DNA of 64,000 bases from a virus. Location: positions 3,671 to 67,670 of IMG/VR virus record IMGVR_UViG_3300036770_001519. One strand, given 5' to 3'. Position numbers and translations under genes: made by a program. This document shows, in pieces, positions 36,524 through 46,964 of this stretch (positions are counted from its first letter, which is position 1; each line of letters begins with the position of its first letter). The notes beneath the pieces are model-generated. The model was given only the letters and a program-made list of their open reading frames with translations, was not told the DNA's origin and ran no database searches.

Positions 36524-37930
36524 ATGCCAATTAACTTTCCTAATAATCCACAAAACAATGATACATATGTAGACGGAACCACAACGTGGCGTTACTCGAC
36601 AGCTGATAACAGCTGGCTTGTGACAACGTTTGGAAATCCTGGTCTGCAGAACCAGACAGATCTGGATAATACACTTGTAGGTCTTAATAGAGAAAACAAT
36701 CTCAACGTACAAGTACCAGCAATTGGTCTTGAGTTTGATCCTGGTGTTCGTACCCTCAAGGTACGTTCACTGGGAACACAACTTCAAAACCTGATTACGT
36801 TAGTAGATAGCACAAACAATCAGTTGAATGCTTTCAATCAAAGAGGTGTTCTATTAAAGGCTGGTATGGTCTATCACGGAGCATCTCAACCAACTGGTCT
36901 AGATGCTGCAGACGCTGGACAACTATGGTTCAACACAAGTGACAACGGTCTATATGCTTGGAGCAGTGGTGGCTGGATTCCAGCTGGTAGCGGAGTAACG
37001 CTTACCACCAACCAAGTTATCTCTGGCGCAAAGACCTTCAGCAACAATATTCTACTAAGCTCGACCGCAAGAATCCTTGGCGAAGGCGCAAGCAAGTCGA
37101 TCAGTCTTGCACCAACAGATGCATCCTCAGTTGCTGCAAACGCACTGACGGTTGCATTTGACGGAGCTACGTTTGCCGTTCCTGTTACCTTGAGTGAAGT
37201 AACTGCAACAACCAAGACGGTTCTTGCAACCCTTGCTGATAGCCAGACAATCAGCGGACTAAAGACATTCACGGCAGGAATCAAGCTTGGAGATGCAAAT
37301 AGCACAAGCCGAATCTATTCCTCAAGCAGCACTGTTGGATACGATCCAAGTGATGACATCTCAATTCAACCCAATCTTTCAACAGCTGGTAGATATATCA
37401 AGCTGTTCAAGAACTCAGATGGTATTGAGACAAACGGAATCACCATCAGACCAAGAAACAGCGACAATCAGGGCGCACTTAACGTAGATGGCAACCAGAG
37501 AATCAACGGAAACCTCACGGTCGTTGGAAACATCACATCTACTAATGCCATTGCAGCTGTTACAACCGTATACGGTAGCATGAATCAAAGCAACGTAAAC
37601 GTTGCTCCTCTACCGCTTGGTCTTCTTACCTTTACAGTAGACACTTCTGCTCCCGCTATAAACGATAGAGGCATTCGTGTAACCAATGCCTCGGCATCGA
37701 CCGTAAAGGTATATGTAAAGAGAGAGCAGGTTCAGGGTACTGCGTATGTGTATGGTATTCGATTGATTACAATCGGACCAAGTAGCAGTTATCTTCAGAA
37801 AGTTTCAAGTGGAACACCAGCAAATATAACTGGAACAGTAACTGATTCAGCAATATCTGCAACAGGTGGTTCAATTACCCTTGCAAGCGGTTCTGATCCA
37901 TGTACCTTTACCTTTACTCTGGCAGGTTAA
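36524..37930 (+). CDS. Tail fibre protein
   Basis: MPINFP..P N-terminus, GQLWFN, Q.ISG.KTF repeated twice; Thr/Ser/Gly-rich. Confidence 0.8.
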   Translation: MPINFPNNPQNNDTYVDGTTTWRYSTADNSWLVTTFGNPGLQNQTDLDNTLVGLNRENNLNVQVPAIGLEFDPGVRTLKVRSLGTQLQNLITLVDSTNNQLNAFNQRGVLLKAGMVYHGASQPTGLDAADAGQLWFNTSDNGLYAWSSGGWIPAGSGVTLTTNQVISGAKTFSNNILLSSTARILGEGASKSISLAPTDASSVAANALTVAFDGATFAVPVTLSEVTATTKTVLATLADSQTISGLKTFTAGIKLGDANSTSRIYSSSSTVGYDPSDDISIQPNLSTAGRYIKLFKNSDGIETNGITIRPRNSDNQGALNVDGNQRINGNLTVVGNITSTNAIAAVTTVYGSMNQSNVNVAPLPLGLLTFTVDTSAPAINDRGIRVTNASASTVKVYVKREQVQGTAYVYGIRLITIGPSSSYLQKVSSGTPANITGTVTDSAISATGGSITLASGSDPCTFTFTLAG

Positions 37931-37931
37931 C

Positions 37932-38216
37932 ATGGCACCAGTAGCAAACCCACTCACAGTAGAGCAGTTACTATTGGTTATCAGCGCACTTATCATTCCA
38001 GCGGGAGGATGTGTGTACTGGTTGGCTACTAAGATATCGTCATTGGAATCAGAGATCAAGGCAATGCGGGATATCAAGACGGTTGAACATGAAGCCGTCC
38101 TAAACCGCGTTGAAAAGCTTGAAAGACACGTTCACGAGATCCGCAATGTACTTCAGACACTTACTCTTGCAATGGTAAGGAGTGGAATCCATGTGGATAA
38201 GAACGATCTGTCTTAG
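37932..38216 (+). CDS. Single-TM coiled-coil protein (holin/lysis-associated candidate)
   Basis: Hydrophobic LLLVISALIIPAGGCVYWLA followed by a coiled coil. Confidence 0.6.
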   Translation: MAPVANPLTVEQLLLVISALIIPAGGCVYWLATKISSLESEIKAMRDIKTVEHEAVLNRVEKLERHVHEIRNVLQTLTLAMVRSGIHVDKNDLS

Positions 38217-38715
38217 TCTAGCAATGCTTGGCTGCTCTTCAGTCGAGCAAATTCAGAAAAACTCAAATGAAATTCGTAGTTTAGCACAGGAATCCAAGCA
38301 ACTATTTGAGAAAATACATGAAGCAGCAACAGTCTACCCCCCGAGAATCCACGAAATCACGCAAAGATCCAATCAAGGGATTTCGAAACAGACCGCTATT
38401 ATTGCGGAAACCGAAGGAATCATCGAAGCGACTTCGGGGGTAGTAGATACGGTACCGTGGTGGGCACATACAATAGAGATCTCAATGATTGCGTTGGGAA
38501 TTCTTGGTGTTGTTGGCTTGCTCTGGTATACTGGAGTTGGTTCTTTGATACGAAAACTAATAGGATTCGTACCAGAAGCCAAGCAACAGGAAGCAAAGCT
38601 GCTTGATGAAACCTTGAGTGGAAACACATCACTTAGGGAAACGATTGCATTCCTCAGAGCTAAGGATCCAGATCTGGATTCTGCCTTTAAGAAGAGGAAA
38701 AATGCCGAACTATAA
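38191..38715 (+). CDS. Lipoprotein with additional TM helix (spanin-like topology)
   Basis: MWIRTICLSLAMLG-C lipobox, helical middle, TM ISMIALGILGVVGLLWY. Confidence 0.6.
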   Translation: MWIRTICLSLAMLGCSSVEQIQKNSNEIRSLAQESKQLFEKIHEAATVYPPRIHEITQRSNQGISKQTAIIAETEGIIEATSGVVDTVPWWAHTIEISMIALGILGVVGLLWYTGVGSLIRKLIGFVPEAKQQEAKLLDETLSGNTSLRETIAFLRAKDPDLDSAFKKRKNAEL

Positions 38716-38974
38716 ACGAGTAATACCGCGAACACCCACCGTACAAGGTGGTGGCATTGTTCGCATGTATGTTAATGCCAACGGAGATCTCGTAGCCGAA
38801 TACGCTTCAGGAAACATTCAGGTACTGGACATAGCAGGTGGAACACCACCTGGTCCTCTGGTTATTGATGGTGATTTTGCACCCAATACCCAGACCATAG
38901 TACGTGATGGTGGAAACGCTGGAGTGATAGGAGACAACGACATCAATGCAGGTGGCGCACTACTTTCACTATAA
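38702..38974 (+). CDS. Small tail-associated hypothetical protein
   Basis: GAGGA RBS; DGG/AGG motifs; precedes the large fibre gene. Confidence 0.6.
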   Translation: MPNYKRVIPRTPTVQGGGIVRMYVNANGDLVAEYASGNIQVLDIAGGTPPGPLVIDGDFAPNTQTIVRDGGNAGVIGDNDINAGGALLSL

Positions 38975-38986
38975 GAGGAGATATTG

Positions 38987-41900
38987 ATGCCATTCGATAT
39001 CATTAGGATACGAAGAGATACCTTCGCTAACTGGGAATCAGTCAACCCAACACTTGCATTGGGCGAGATTTCTTACGATTTGACCAATGATCAGATCAGA
39101 GTTGGCGACGGTACAAACCTATGGTTGGATCTTCCAGCTATCGGTAATTCAGTTATTTCAGATGGAGACAAGGGAGACATCGTAGTATCTAGTAACGGTA
39201 CAACGTGGTCACTTGATCCAGCTCTCATTAATACAATCAATAACAAACTGGATCAAGGACCGCTTGATGGCGGTACTCCATCAACCCCAGACCAGATACT
39301 TCAGATCCGCAGAGGAAATACACTCAGCTGGGCTGGAGTAGTTCTAGGTTCTGGAGAAGTTGGATATGATTCAGACGTAAATGAAATAAGAATAGGTGAT
39401 GGTCTTTCTACCTGGGACAATCTAGATCCAATTGGATTCTTCAAGGTACAGAATATCAACTTACAGCAGCTTGGAGACGTAGACTATCCAACTCCGCTTC
39501 TAGCTGGTCAGGTTCTAACATGGGATGGAAACACATGGGTAAACGATGTAGTTCCAGAGCCAACATACAATCTGAATGCACTTACAGATGTTGTCATCAC
39601 GACTCCATCCAACACCCAGGTTCTACAATACAACGGAACCAACTGGGTAAACGCAACAGTCCAGCAGGGTGCTGGAGTTACAACTGGTTCAAAGAACGAG
39701 ATAACCGTCGTAGCAGAGAACGACTGGCAGATAAACCCAGGTGTCATCGAACAGACAAATCTCAATCTATCCACACCAGTAAACCCACAGGATGCTGCGA
39801 CAAAAGACTATACGGATCAGACGATTGGTCTTGCAATTACGGCAAACGTGATTGATGAACTGGATCAACCAAATGGTCTAGCTGTCTTGAATAGCAACAG
39901 ATACATTGCCACCAACAGACTTGGTAGCGGTACAGCAGATAGCACCACATACCTTCGTGGAGATGGTACTTGGAATGTTGTTACATCTGGCATAACAGAT
40001 CACGGAGAATTGAATGGTCTTTTGGATGATGATCACACTCAGTATCACACAGATGCTAGAGGAGATGCAAGATATTCTCAGCTTGGTCATACTCACACAA
40101 TCTCCAATATTACAAATCTTCAAACCTCACTAGACAATAAACAAAATCTTGATCCAACATTAAGTGGTCTTGCAAATACAGCAATTGTCGGTGCTGATCG
40201 TCTAATCTATTCTACAGGTAACGATGCATTTACAACAACAACAATTACATCATTAGCTAGAAATCTGTTGGATGATACGACAACAACACAAATGCAGACT
40301 ACACTAGGTCTTGGTGGTGTTCTTGGAACATCTCCAATTCTCCGTAGCGATCTAGACCTAAGTACTTACCCAACTGGACAAGCACTTGGAACTCTTGGTG
40401 ATGGTCTTCTTAAGAATACAACATCTCTTGGTGTTGGAACACTAAGTATTGCAACTGGTTCTGATCTTCCAAACCACACACACGCAGTTTCTAATCTACT
40501 TCAGAGTGGTGCAATTACTGGCGATGTAATCAAATGGAACGGAACCACATGGGCACCAGCCACCGACAATACCAATATAGGTATAACCGATGGAGACAAG
40601 GGTGATATTCTTGTTTCCAATAGCGGAGCCACTTGGACTATAGAAACAGCTAACAACGCTGCAATCTCTGGTGGCACAGTAACCAATACAAGCCTTGTTA
40701 CTGGTACATACAGTAGTCCTCTTGGTGAAACAGTAATGAAGAAAGTGTTTAATAACACTGGTTCTCCATTCACCAAGGGTCAAGTTGTATATGTAGTTGG
40801 ATCACAAGGAGACAATCTTACGGTTGCCCTAGCTGATGCAGATGCAGAAATTACAGCCGCAACAACCATTGGTGTTGTAGCAGAAAGTATTGCAGATCAA
40901 GCAACGGGTTACATCATAACCCAAGGTCCACTGACTGAACTTTCTGGAATAACAACCCCATTTGTTAACGGAGATGCCTTGTGGCTTGGTTCCACACCAG
41001 GAACATTTACAAGAACAAGACCAACGCAACCAGCACACGGCGTTAGCCTTGGTTGGGTTGTTCGGACAAGCAATGGTAATGCTGGCATTATCTATGTAAA
41101 GGTTACTAATGGTCAGGAACTTGAAGAGTTACACGATGTAAAAATCACAACACCTGTCGATGGTCAAATAATCAAATACGATGCTACTACATCGCTTTGG
41201 ACCAACCAGACAAATGAACTTGTTCGGTACTGGGATTTTGAACTTGATTCAAATATGGGAATTATCGGTAGAGGAGATTGGTGCGAAGGACCATCTACAA
41301 CGGGTGACTCATACTACTACGCTGGTGGAATGGCAACAATCACCTTATCCGATACTTATCCAGGCGCAAGAGGTTGGTTGAAGTCAACTGGTCAGGGATT
41401 GCCAACAACAGGTGCTGGTTCTCCAAGCGTAGAAATTGACGAATATGACCTCGTATTCTCATTCAAAGGATTCGCAGATACGCTCCTGAGTGACAATACA
41501 ACCTGTGTTGGTTTTTTCCGCACTCATGGCGGCATTGATGAAACCGATGTCTACGAGCGACTTATAGGATTCTACAACGATAGAACAACTGGTCAGTGGA
41601 AAGCAGCAATATGGAAAATCTTTCCAGCAGGAACTGGTACACCATATGTTGAGGTCTGGACATCGCAAAAGAGCACTGGAGCCTATGCCGATGCTCCCGC
41701 ACAACTTGAAGTAATCATCACAGAACGTGGTCAGAAAGCATTGTTCTATGCTGACAAAAAACTCATTGGTGAAGCACCAGCGAGTGCAATGCCAGCACCA
41801 AACGATAGTCCAACTGGTATCGGGGATAAGTTGCTATGGGGTGTTGCCACCAGAGATTTGAATGATACGACAAATCCAAGCGGTGTGTTTACATTCAATA

Positions 41901-44311
41901 TTATGCACATGACTTGCCGACAATACAAGGTCGGTTCATTGGCACAGTATTTCAAGAATAATCTAAATGATTTGCTTGATGTTGATTCTGCTAACATTGA
42001 CACAGATACGGTACTTCGGTGGAATGGCAACGTATGGGAATATACTTTCCCAAGAGAAACCATAGCAAATATGTTGGATGTTAAGAGCTTCCCAGTACCA
42101 AACAATGGAGATATTCTAATATGGGATGCATCAACACTCCTATGGACTCCAGGTTCTCTAAGCGGTTTTGCTCCAATTTCTGCATCCTATATTGTAAAAA
42201 CACCAAATGCTACTTTAACAAATGAATTTGCCCTCTCCACTTTAAATACTGGATTGCTTAAGGTAACCAACGGTACTGGAGATCTCAGTATTGCTACTGG
42301 ATCAGACCTTCCACTACACACGCATTCAGTATCAGACATCACTGGTCTTGGTACTCTTGCAACGCTTAACTCTGTTGGAAGTGCACAGATTACAGATTTA
42401 AGTGTAGGTACACCAGAGTTAGCAGCTGGTGCTGTTACTGGTGTTAAAATAGCTAACAATACAATTAATTTTGCAAATAAAGTTTCAACTACAGGAATAC
42501 CACTAAGTTTTTACATCTCAGATGCAACAAACGGATCAACGTGGCAACTTGCAGAATTCAATTCAGATACTTTCCAATTAACCGAATTGTTAGATCTTGT
42601 TGATCTTGGTGTTCCGCTTGGAAAACTAAGTAGTGGTGGAGCAACAGGTGGGCAGGTCATAAAATGGAACGCTATTGCAAATCAGTGGGTTGCTGCTGAT
42701 GAACAAGCAGCAAACCTAACTGGTCTTGCACCAGACAGCGCAACTTATATTGTAAAGACACCAAACGAAACACTCACAAGTGAGTTTGCGTTGTCAACGC
42801 TTGGCACTGGTTTACTAAAGAATACGACTGGAACTGGTGATCTTAGCATTGCTACTGGATCAGACCTTCCATCGCACACTCATGTAGTTACAGATATTTC
42901 TGCAACTGGTACACCAAGCAATACAACATTCCTAAGGGGAGATGGTGCGTGGGCAACACCAAGCGGTGGTGGAAGTGGAACACCAGCTGGAACAACTGGA
43001 CAAGTTCAGTTTAACGACGCTGGAGCATTTGGTGCCGATGATGGATTTATATATGATTCAGCTACTGAAAAACTAGTTGTTGGTAGTGGCACAAACAAGT
43101 TCCAAACCTACAGCGATGTTTATCAAACCTTCATAGCTCCTGTTGGTGGTGCACTTAGAATACGACACCCTACTGGTGGTTACATTACAGTTGGTGATTC
43201 AAGTGCAACTGGACCAATCGGTACAGGAACGCATATTCTTGTTTCAGCTAACGACGCGAGTATTACAAATAACGCGCAGTTGATATGGAATCGAGCACCG
43301 CTTCTACAAGAACAGCTGGCAACGTTTCAAGCAAATGTAAACCTACAAGCTGGTTTACTATTAAACAACTCCCAAGGAACCAGTGGACAGGTCTTAACTT
43401 CAACTGGAACGGGAGTTCAGTGGGCTACACCAAGTGGTGGTGGTGGTGGTGGGTTTACTCCAATTCGTCAAGCATATACAACCTCAACAAGCAACATTGC
43501 AATTCCAGTTGGAGCATCTAAACTAAGGATTCTCGCATGGGGTGGCGGTGGTGGAGGTGGTGGCGGTGCACTCAACACCGCAGGTCTAAATCGTTGCGGT
43601 GGTGCTGGTGGTGGTGGTGCTGCTGCTTTAATCTATGAATATCCAGTCTCACTGTTGTCTGGAACCTTATCAGTTACAATTGGTGCAGGTGGAACTGGAG
43701 GAAATGGTGCAACAACGTCTGGTGGTACACCACAATCAGGAACCGCTGGTGGTACGACCTCGGTAACGGGAACATTAAACGGTGTTTCCATGCGTCTATG
43801 CTATGGTATGCAGGGATTTGGTGGTGGAGTAAATGCAACAGGTACTACTTCAACTCCTGGTGGTGGTGGACCTCAAGGATATCCTGGCGGGCAGGGCGGC
43901 GGTGGCACCAGCACTTCAGGTGGCATAGGAGCGCAAACTTCTGCAACTGGTTTTAATATCTCTGGTCACGGCGGCGGTGGTGGTGGTGGAGTCAATACTT
44001 CAAATGTTAATGCGACTGGCGGCATAAGTTTTGGTTCATACGTTCCTCCAGATAACAATGTAAGCGGTGGTTTAGCTGGTGGAGGAAATGGAGATAGTGA
44101 GTCAGCAGGACGTGGAACCAATTGGGATTTTTCTCGCGCTGGCGGTGGTGGCGGTGGTTCAAATAACGCTGGAAGCGGTGGAAACGGTGGAAACGGTGGA
44201 TACGGTGCTGGAGGTGGTGGCGGTGGTGCAGGCACAAATCTAGGAAGCGGTGAAACAGGTGGTAAGGGAGGCAATGGAGGTCAGGGTCTAGTGATCCTGT
44301 ATTGGAGTTAA
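38987..44311 (+). CDS. Large tail fibre / receptor-binding protein with two Mtd_N-like domains and Gly-rich C-terminus
   Basis: IRIRRDT..NW...NP.LA.GE..YD....RVGDG occurs twice; repeated L.DV/WN/HTH fibre motifs; Gly-rich end. Confidence 0.85.
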   Translation: MPFDIIRIRRDTFANWESVNPTLALGEISYDLTNDQIRVGDGTNLWLDLPAIGNSVISDGDKGDIVVSSNGTTWSLDPALINTINNKLDQGPLDGGTPSTPDQILQIRRGNTLSWAGVVLGSGEVGYDSDVNEIRIGDGLSTWDNLDPIGFFKVQNINLQQLGDVDYPTPLLAGQVLTWDGNTWVNDVVPEPTYNLNALTDVVITTPSNTQVLQYNGTNWVNATVQQGAGVTTGSKNEITVVAENDWQINPGVIEQTNLNLSTPVNPQDAATKDYTDQTIGLAITANVIDELDQPNGLAVLNSNRYIATNRLGSGTADSTTYLRGDGTWNVVTSGITDHGELNGLLDDDHTQYHTDARGDARYSQLGHTHTISNITNLQTSLDNKQNLDPTLSGLANTAIVGADRLIYSTGNDAFTTTTITSLARNLLDDTTTTQMQTTLGLGGVLGTSPILRSDLDLSTYPTGQALGTLGDGLLKNTTSLGVGTLSIATGSDLPNHTHAVSNLLQSGAITGDVIKWNGTTWAPATDNTNIGITDGDKGDILVSNSGATWTIETANNAAISGGTVTNTSLVTGTYSSPLGETVMKKVFNNTGSPFTKGQVVYVVGSQGDNLTVALADADAEITAATTIGVVAESIADQATGYIITQGPLTELSGITTPFVNGDALWLGSTPGTFTRTRPTQPAHGVSLGWVVRTSNGNAGIIYVKVTNGQELEELHDVKITTPVDGQIIKYDATTSLWTNQTNELVRYWDFELDSNMGIIGRGDWCEGPSTTGDSYYYAGGMATITLSDTYPGARGWLKSTGQGLPTTGAGSPSVEIDEYDLVFSFKGFADTLLSDNTTCVGFFRTHGGIDETDVYERLIGFYNDRTTGQWKAAIWKIFPAGTGTPYVEVWTSQKSTGAYADAPAQLEVIITERGQKALFYADKKLIGEAPASAMPAPNDSPTGIGDKLLWGVATRDLNDTTNPSGVFTFNIMHMTCRQYKVGSLAQYFKNNLNDLLDVDSANIDTDTVLRWNGNVWEYTFPRETIANMLDVKSFPVPNNGDILIWDASTLLWTPGSLSGFAPISASYIVKTPNATLTNEFALSTLNTGLLKVTNGTGDLSIATGSDLPLHTHSVSDITGLGTLATLNSVGSAQITDLSVGTPELAAGAVTGVKIANNTINFANKVSTTGIPLSFYISDATNGSTWQLAEFNSDTFQLTELLDLVDLGVPLGKLSSGGATGGQVIKWNAIANQWVAADEQAANLTGLAPDSATYIVKTPNETLTSEFALSTLGTGLLKNTTGTGDLSIATGSDLPSHTHVVTDISATGTPSNTTFLRGDGAWATPSGGGSGTPAGTTGQVQFNDAGAFGADDGFIYDSATEKLVVGSGTNKFQTYSDVYQTFIAPVGGALRIRHPTGGYITVGDSSATGPIGTGTHILVSANDASITNNAQLIWNRAPLLQEQLATFQANVNLQAGLLLNNSQGTSGQVLTSTGTGVQWATPSGGGGGGFTPIRQAYTTSTSNIAIPVGASKLRILAWGGGGGGGGGALNTAGLNRCGGAGGGGAAALIYEYPVSLLSGTLSVTIGAGGTGGNGATTSGGTPQSGTAGGTTSVTGTLNGVSMRLCYGMQGFGGGVNATGTTSTPGGGGPQGYPGGQGGGGTSTSGGIGAQTSATGFNISGHGGGGGGGVNTSNVNATGGISFGSYVPPDNNVSGGLAGGGNGDSESAGRGTNWDFSRAGGGGGGSNNAGSGGNGGNGGYGAGGGGGGAGTNLGSGETGGKGGNGGQGLVILYWS
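42180..42885 (+). repeat. Internal ~50-codon duplication in the tail fibre
   Basis: YIVKTPN.TLT.EFALSTL.TGLLK.T.GTGDLSIATGSDLP.HTH at ~42180-42327 and ~42738-42885; partial third copy at ~40385-40485. Confidence 0.8.
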
Positions 44312-44312
44312 A

Positions 44313-44717
44313 ATGAAACTTGCACTTATTGATACAACAAATACGGTTATTAATGTTATAATCAGCGATTTTGATGTTGTTGAAAACAATATCTACTCTG
44401 TTCGTTTAGAAGATGATGAGGTTTGTGAAATTGGCTGTATATACAATCAAAACGAAATACCAAGATTTACAAGACAACCACAAACATACACACAGAAGTG
44501 GACATCGTATGAGTTTCTACTTAGGTTTACAGCCGAAGAACGTTCAGCATTTCGTGCTGCCTCGTTAACTGATTCTATGGTAGCTGACTTTCAGCAACTA
44601 GCTCAAGCAGCTCAGGAAATAATCAACACAGATCCAATGACAGTTGCTGGTATGAACTACCTAGTTAGCGTTGGGTTGCTCACTGAGCAAAGAAAAACAG
44701 AAATACTAGGAGTTTAA
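44313..44717 (+). CDS. Tail fibre-associated/assembly protein
   Basis: A.ID...V.NVI N-terminus and F..RFT.EE....GLLT..R..EIL C-terminus, typical of genes following Gly-rich fibres. Confidence 0.6.
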   Translation: MKLALIDTTNTVINVIISDFDVVENNIYSVRLEDDEVCEIGCIYNQNEIPRFTRQPQTYTQKWTSYEFLLRFTAEERSAFRAASLTDSMVADFQQLAQAAQEIINTDPMTVAGMNYLVSVGLLTEQRKTEILGV

Positions 44718-46202
44718 ATGGCAAACCCATTATTCACGGTAGATAGAAGACCTTGTGTTCACCTAGCACAGACTATATCTCAAGTTACAGACAGTACGTG
44801 GTCCAGCAATCCAGACTTCTGCGAGGCAATCATAGACGATGCCACTGGCAATAGGCTTCCTGGATACGATCAGACAACAAACAAGGGTGTTCAGGTGATG
44901 ATAAACACAATGCAGTATCACTATGACCGTGGTATTCGTCGGTTTATCATAAACACACCGTGTGGAACTTTGGAGAACGGTCAAGCGTCTGTTGCTTACA
45001 GCGGCATTTGGTCGCCAATGCAGCAGAGAAAGATTGCAAAGAGCGATGGCACCTTCGTAGTAAACCCCTACAAGGGGTGCTGGAAGGCAAACGGATACAA
45101 CGTACCAGACCTTGCTAGTGTCGATTCTGCGCCTTTTATCTCTGTCGGCAAGACGGCTGAATATTTTCAGTTGCTTCGAAGCTGGCTTACTGGTGGCATG
45201 GGATGGACAGGAAACAAACTTGGTCAGGATCCCGTCGAGATATACATCTATACCTCGCACGTGATTCCGCTTACTTCATCTGGTCAACCAGATTATACGA
45301 AGAACTGGGTTAGATATCCAGGAAACACCGTTAACGTAACCTGGCAAAACCAACCAAACGGTTTTGCAATGCCAGATCCCGAATCGGTTGCAGCACACCA
45401 GTCATACCTTCAGTCAGAAATGAGAAAGTGGTATGAGATTGGTGTATGTGGTTTTGGTGCTGACGTTGGTCTGTTTGCGTGGAACCACCGAAAGGGTGAT
45501 TGGATCTACACTAACAACCCAGCAAAGCCAGCAAACTACGATTCGCCTGTAACGAACATGCGACGGTGGTTTGAACGGGATTACTTTGCACTTCCAGTTG
45601 GTCAGGCTCCAAACCAGAGATTCAACCCAACGACAAAGTTCACGTACTTCCAGGAAATCCATCCGTGGGATCAGGATCCAAACAAGATAACGAATCGCAC
45701 CACAAGCAACTCTTTCCCAACGGCTAATACGAACGAGGCATACTCGTTCTACGATCCTTGGGGAAGCAATGGCGATTCTAACTCGACTGCCTACAAGGGC
45801 AGCTGGCAGCACTACAGTCCATACATCATTGGTCTTACCAACATGAACACATGGATTAACGGCAACTGGGAAAATCCAACCAACCAATACAACGGTGCTG
45901 ACCCAAACAGAAAGTGGGAGTTTGACAAGACGAACACGGAGATCCATCTCCTTGTAACCCAACTTGCCAGACCCTACACGGATACATCAAATACATTACT
46001 TACACAACTGTCAAACAACATCAATGATCCAGCAACACAGACAATCATAAACGACTGTGCCAACTGGTACATGGATTACTTTGACAGAGGTTATGTATAT
46101 CAGCCAGTTCTCTACCATAACTCGTATCAGGTAGAGAAGGAAATCCACAAGAAAATCATGCAGAATCTCGGGTACTGGCCCCAGTCAAATCCTGCAGCAT
46201 AA
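44718..46202 (+). CDS. Hypothetical protein, aromatic/Asn-rich, possible carbohydrate-active enzyme
   Basis: 494 aa ORF rich in W/Y/N/P; function inferred only from composition and position. Confidence 0.7.
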   Translation: MANPLFTVDRRPCVHLAQTISQVTDSTWSSNPDFCEAIIDDATGNRLPGYDQTTNKGVQVMINTMQYHYDRGIRRFIINTPCGTLENGQASVAYSGIWSPMQQRKIAKSDGTFVVNPYKGCWKANGYNVPDLASVDSAPFISVGKTAEYFQLLRSWLTGGMGWTGNKLGQDPVEIYIYTSHVIPLTSSGQPDYTKNWVRYPGNTVNVTWQNQPNGFAMPDPESVAAHQSYLQSEMRKWYEIGVCGFGADVGLFAWNHRKGDWIYTNNPAKPANYDSPVTNMRRWFERDYFALPVGQAPNQRFNPTTKFTYFQEIHPWDQDPNKITNRTTSNSFPTANTNEAYSFYDPWGSNGDSNSTAYKGSWQHYSPYIIGLTNMNTWINGNWENPTNQYNGADPNRKWEFDKTNTEIHLLVTQLARPYTDTSNTLLTQLSNNINDPATQTIINDCANWYMDYFDRGYVYQPVLYHNSYQVEKEIHKKIMQNLGYWPQSNPAA

Positions 46203-46213
46203 GGAGATACCAC

Positions 46214-46333
46214 ATGGTATTAGCAAGCATTGAGTCATTTCTAGGTTCGATCTGGTTCGCTGGCATGGCTGCTGTAGTCGGCTATGTAGTTGGACACGTA
46301 TTCCCAATTACGAGTCTGATCAAGAAGAAGTAA
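46214..46333 (+). CDS. Small single-TM protein (39 aa)
   Basis: AAGGAG RBS; MVLASIESFLGSIWFAGMAAVVGYVVGHVFPITSLIKKK. Confidence 0.6.
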   Translation: MVLASIESFLGSIWFAGMAAVVGYVVGHVFPITSLIKKK

Positions 46334-46336
46334 ACT

Positions 46337-46468
46337 GTGCCATTCAAAAGCAAGGCACAACAGGGTTTCATGTTCGCAAAGCATCCGAAGATCGCAAAGC
46401 GATGGGCAGCTGAAACTAAAAATATGAAGAAACTGCCAAAGAAGAAAACTAAGAAAGGAAGTAAGTAA
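46337..46468 (+). CDS. Small basic protein (MPFKS.AQ family)
   Basis: MPFKSKAQQGFMFAKHPKIAKRW..., a pattern I recognise from phage small proteins. Confidence 0.65.
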   Translation: MPFKSKAQQGFMFAKHPKIAKRWAAETKNMKKLPKKKTKKGSK

Positions 46469-46469
46469 T

Positions 46470-46574
46470 ATGAAGGGCATGAAGAAGAAGCCAATGATGG
46501 GCAAGATGATGGACAAGAAGATGATGGATAAGAAGAAGCCAGCCGCCAAGAAGGGCTACGCAAAGAAGAAGTGA
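46470..46574 (+). CDS. Lys/Met-rich peptide (34 aa)
   Basis: AAGGA RBS; MKGMKKKPMMGKMMDKKMMDKKKPAAKKGYAKKK. Confidence 0.55.
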   Translation: MKGMKKKPMMGKMMDKKMMDKKKPAAKKGYAKKK

Positions 46575-46963
46575 GTACGGCTAAGAAGAAGAATCCAGCC
46601 AAGTGGAAGCAGATCGTTTCCAAGGTAAAGGCTGGATCGAAGGGTGGAGACGCTGGAGAATGGTCCGCTAGAAAGGCACAGCTTGCTGTAAAACTGTACA
46701 AAGATTCTGGCGGTACCTACTCTGGCTCCAAACCTGCATCCAACAGCTTGGCAAAGTGGACAAAGCAGGATTGGAGAACCAAATCTGGCAAGCCTTCAAA
46801 GGAAACTGGAGAACGGTACCTACCATCCAAGGCGATAAAGGCATTGTCTTCGTCGGAGTATGCAGCTACATCCGAAGCAAAGAGAAAGGGAACACGGGCT
46901 GGAAAGCAGTTCGTTTCCCAACCAAAGGCAATCGCAAAGAAAACAGCAAAGTATAGGAAATAA
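46571..46963 (+). CDS. Basic conserved phage protein (WSARKAQ family)
   Basis: GEWSARKAQL...YK..GG.Y, L.KWT.QDW.T, RYLP..A motifs. Confidence 0.75.
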   Translation: MSTAKKKNPAKWKQIVSKVKAGSKGGDAGEWSARKAQLAVKLYKDSGGTYSGSKPASNSLAKWTKQDWRTKSGKPSKETGERYLPSKAIKALSSSEYAATSEAKRKGTRAGKQFVSQPKAIAKKTAKYRK

Positions 46964-46964
46964 C

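Noticed and set aside
43966-44274. Proline-rich minus-strand ORF
   Set aside because: It is the reverse complement of the Gly-rich (GGT/GGC) fibre tip.
38987-44311. Diversity-generating retroelement suggested by Mtd_N-like domains
   Set aside because: No reverse transcriptase is seen, and the internal repeats differ mostly at synonymous positions rather than only at adenines.
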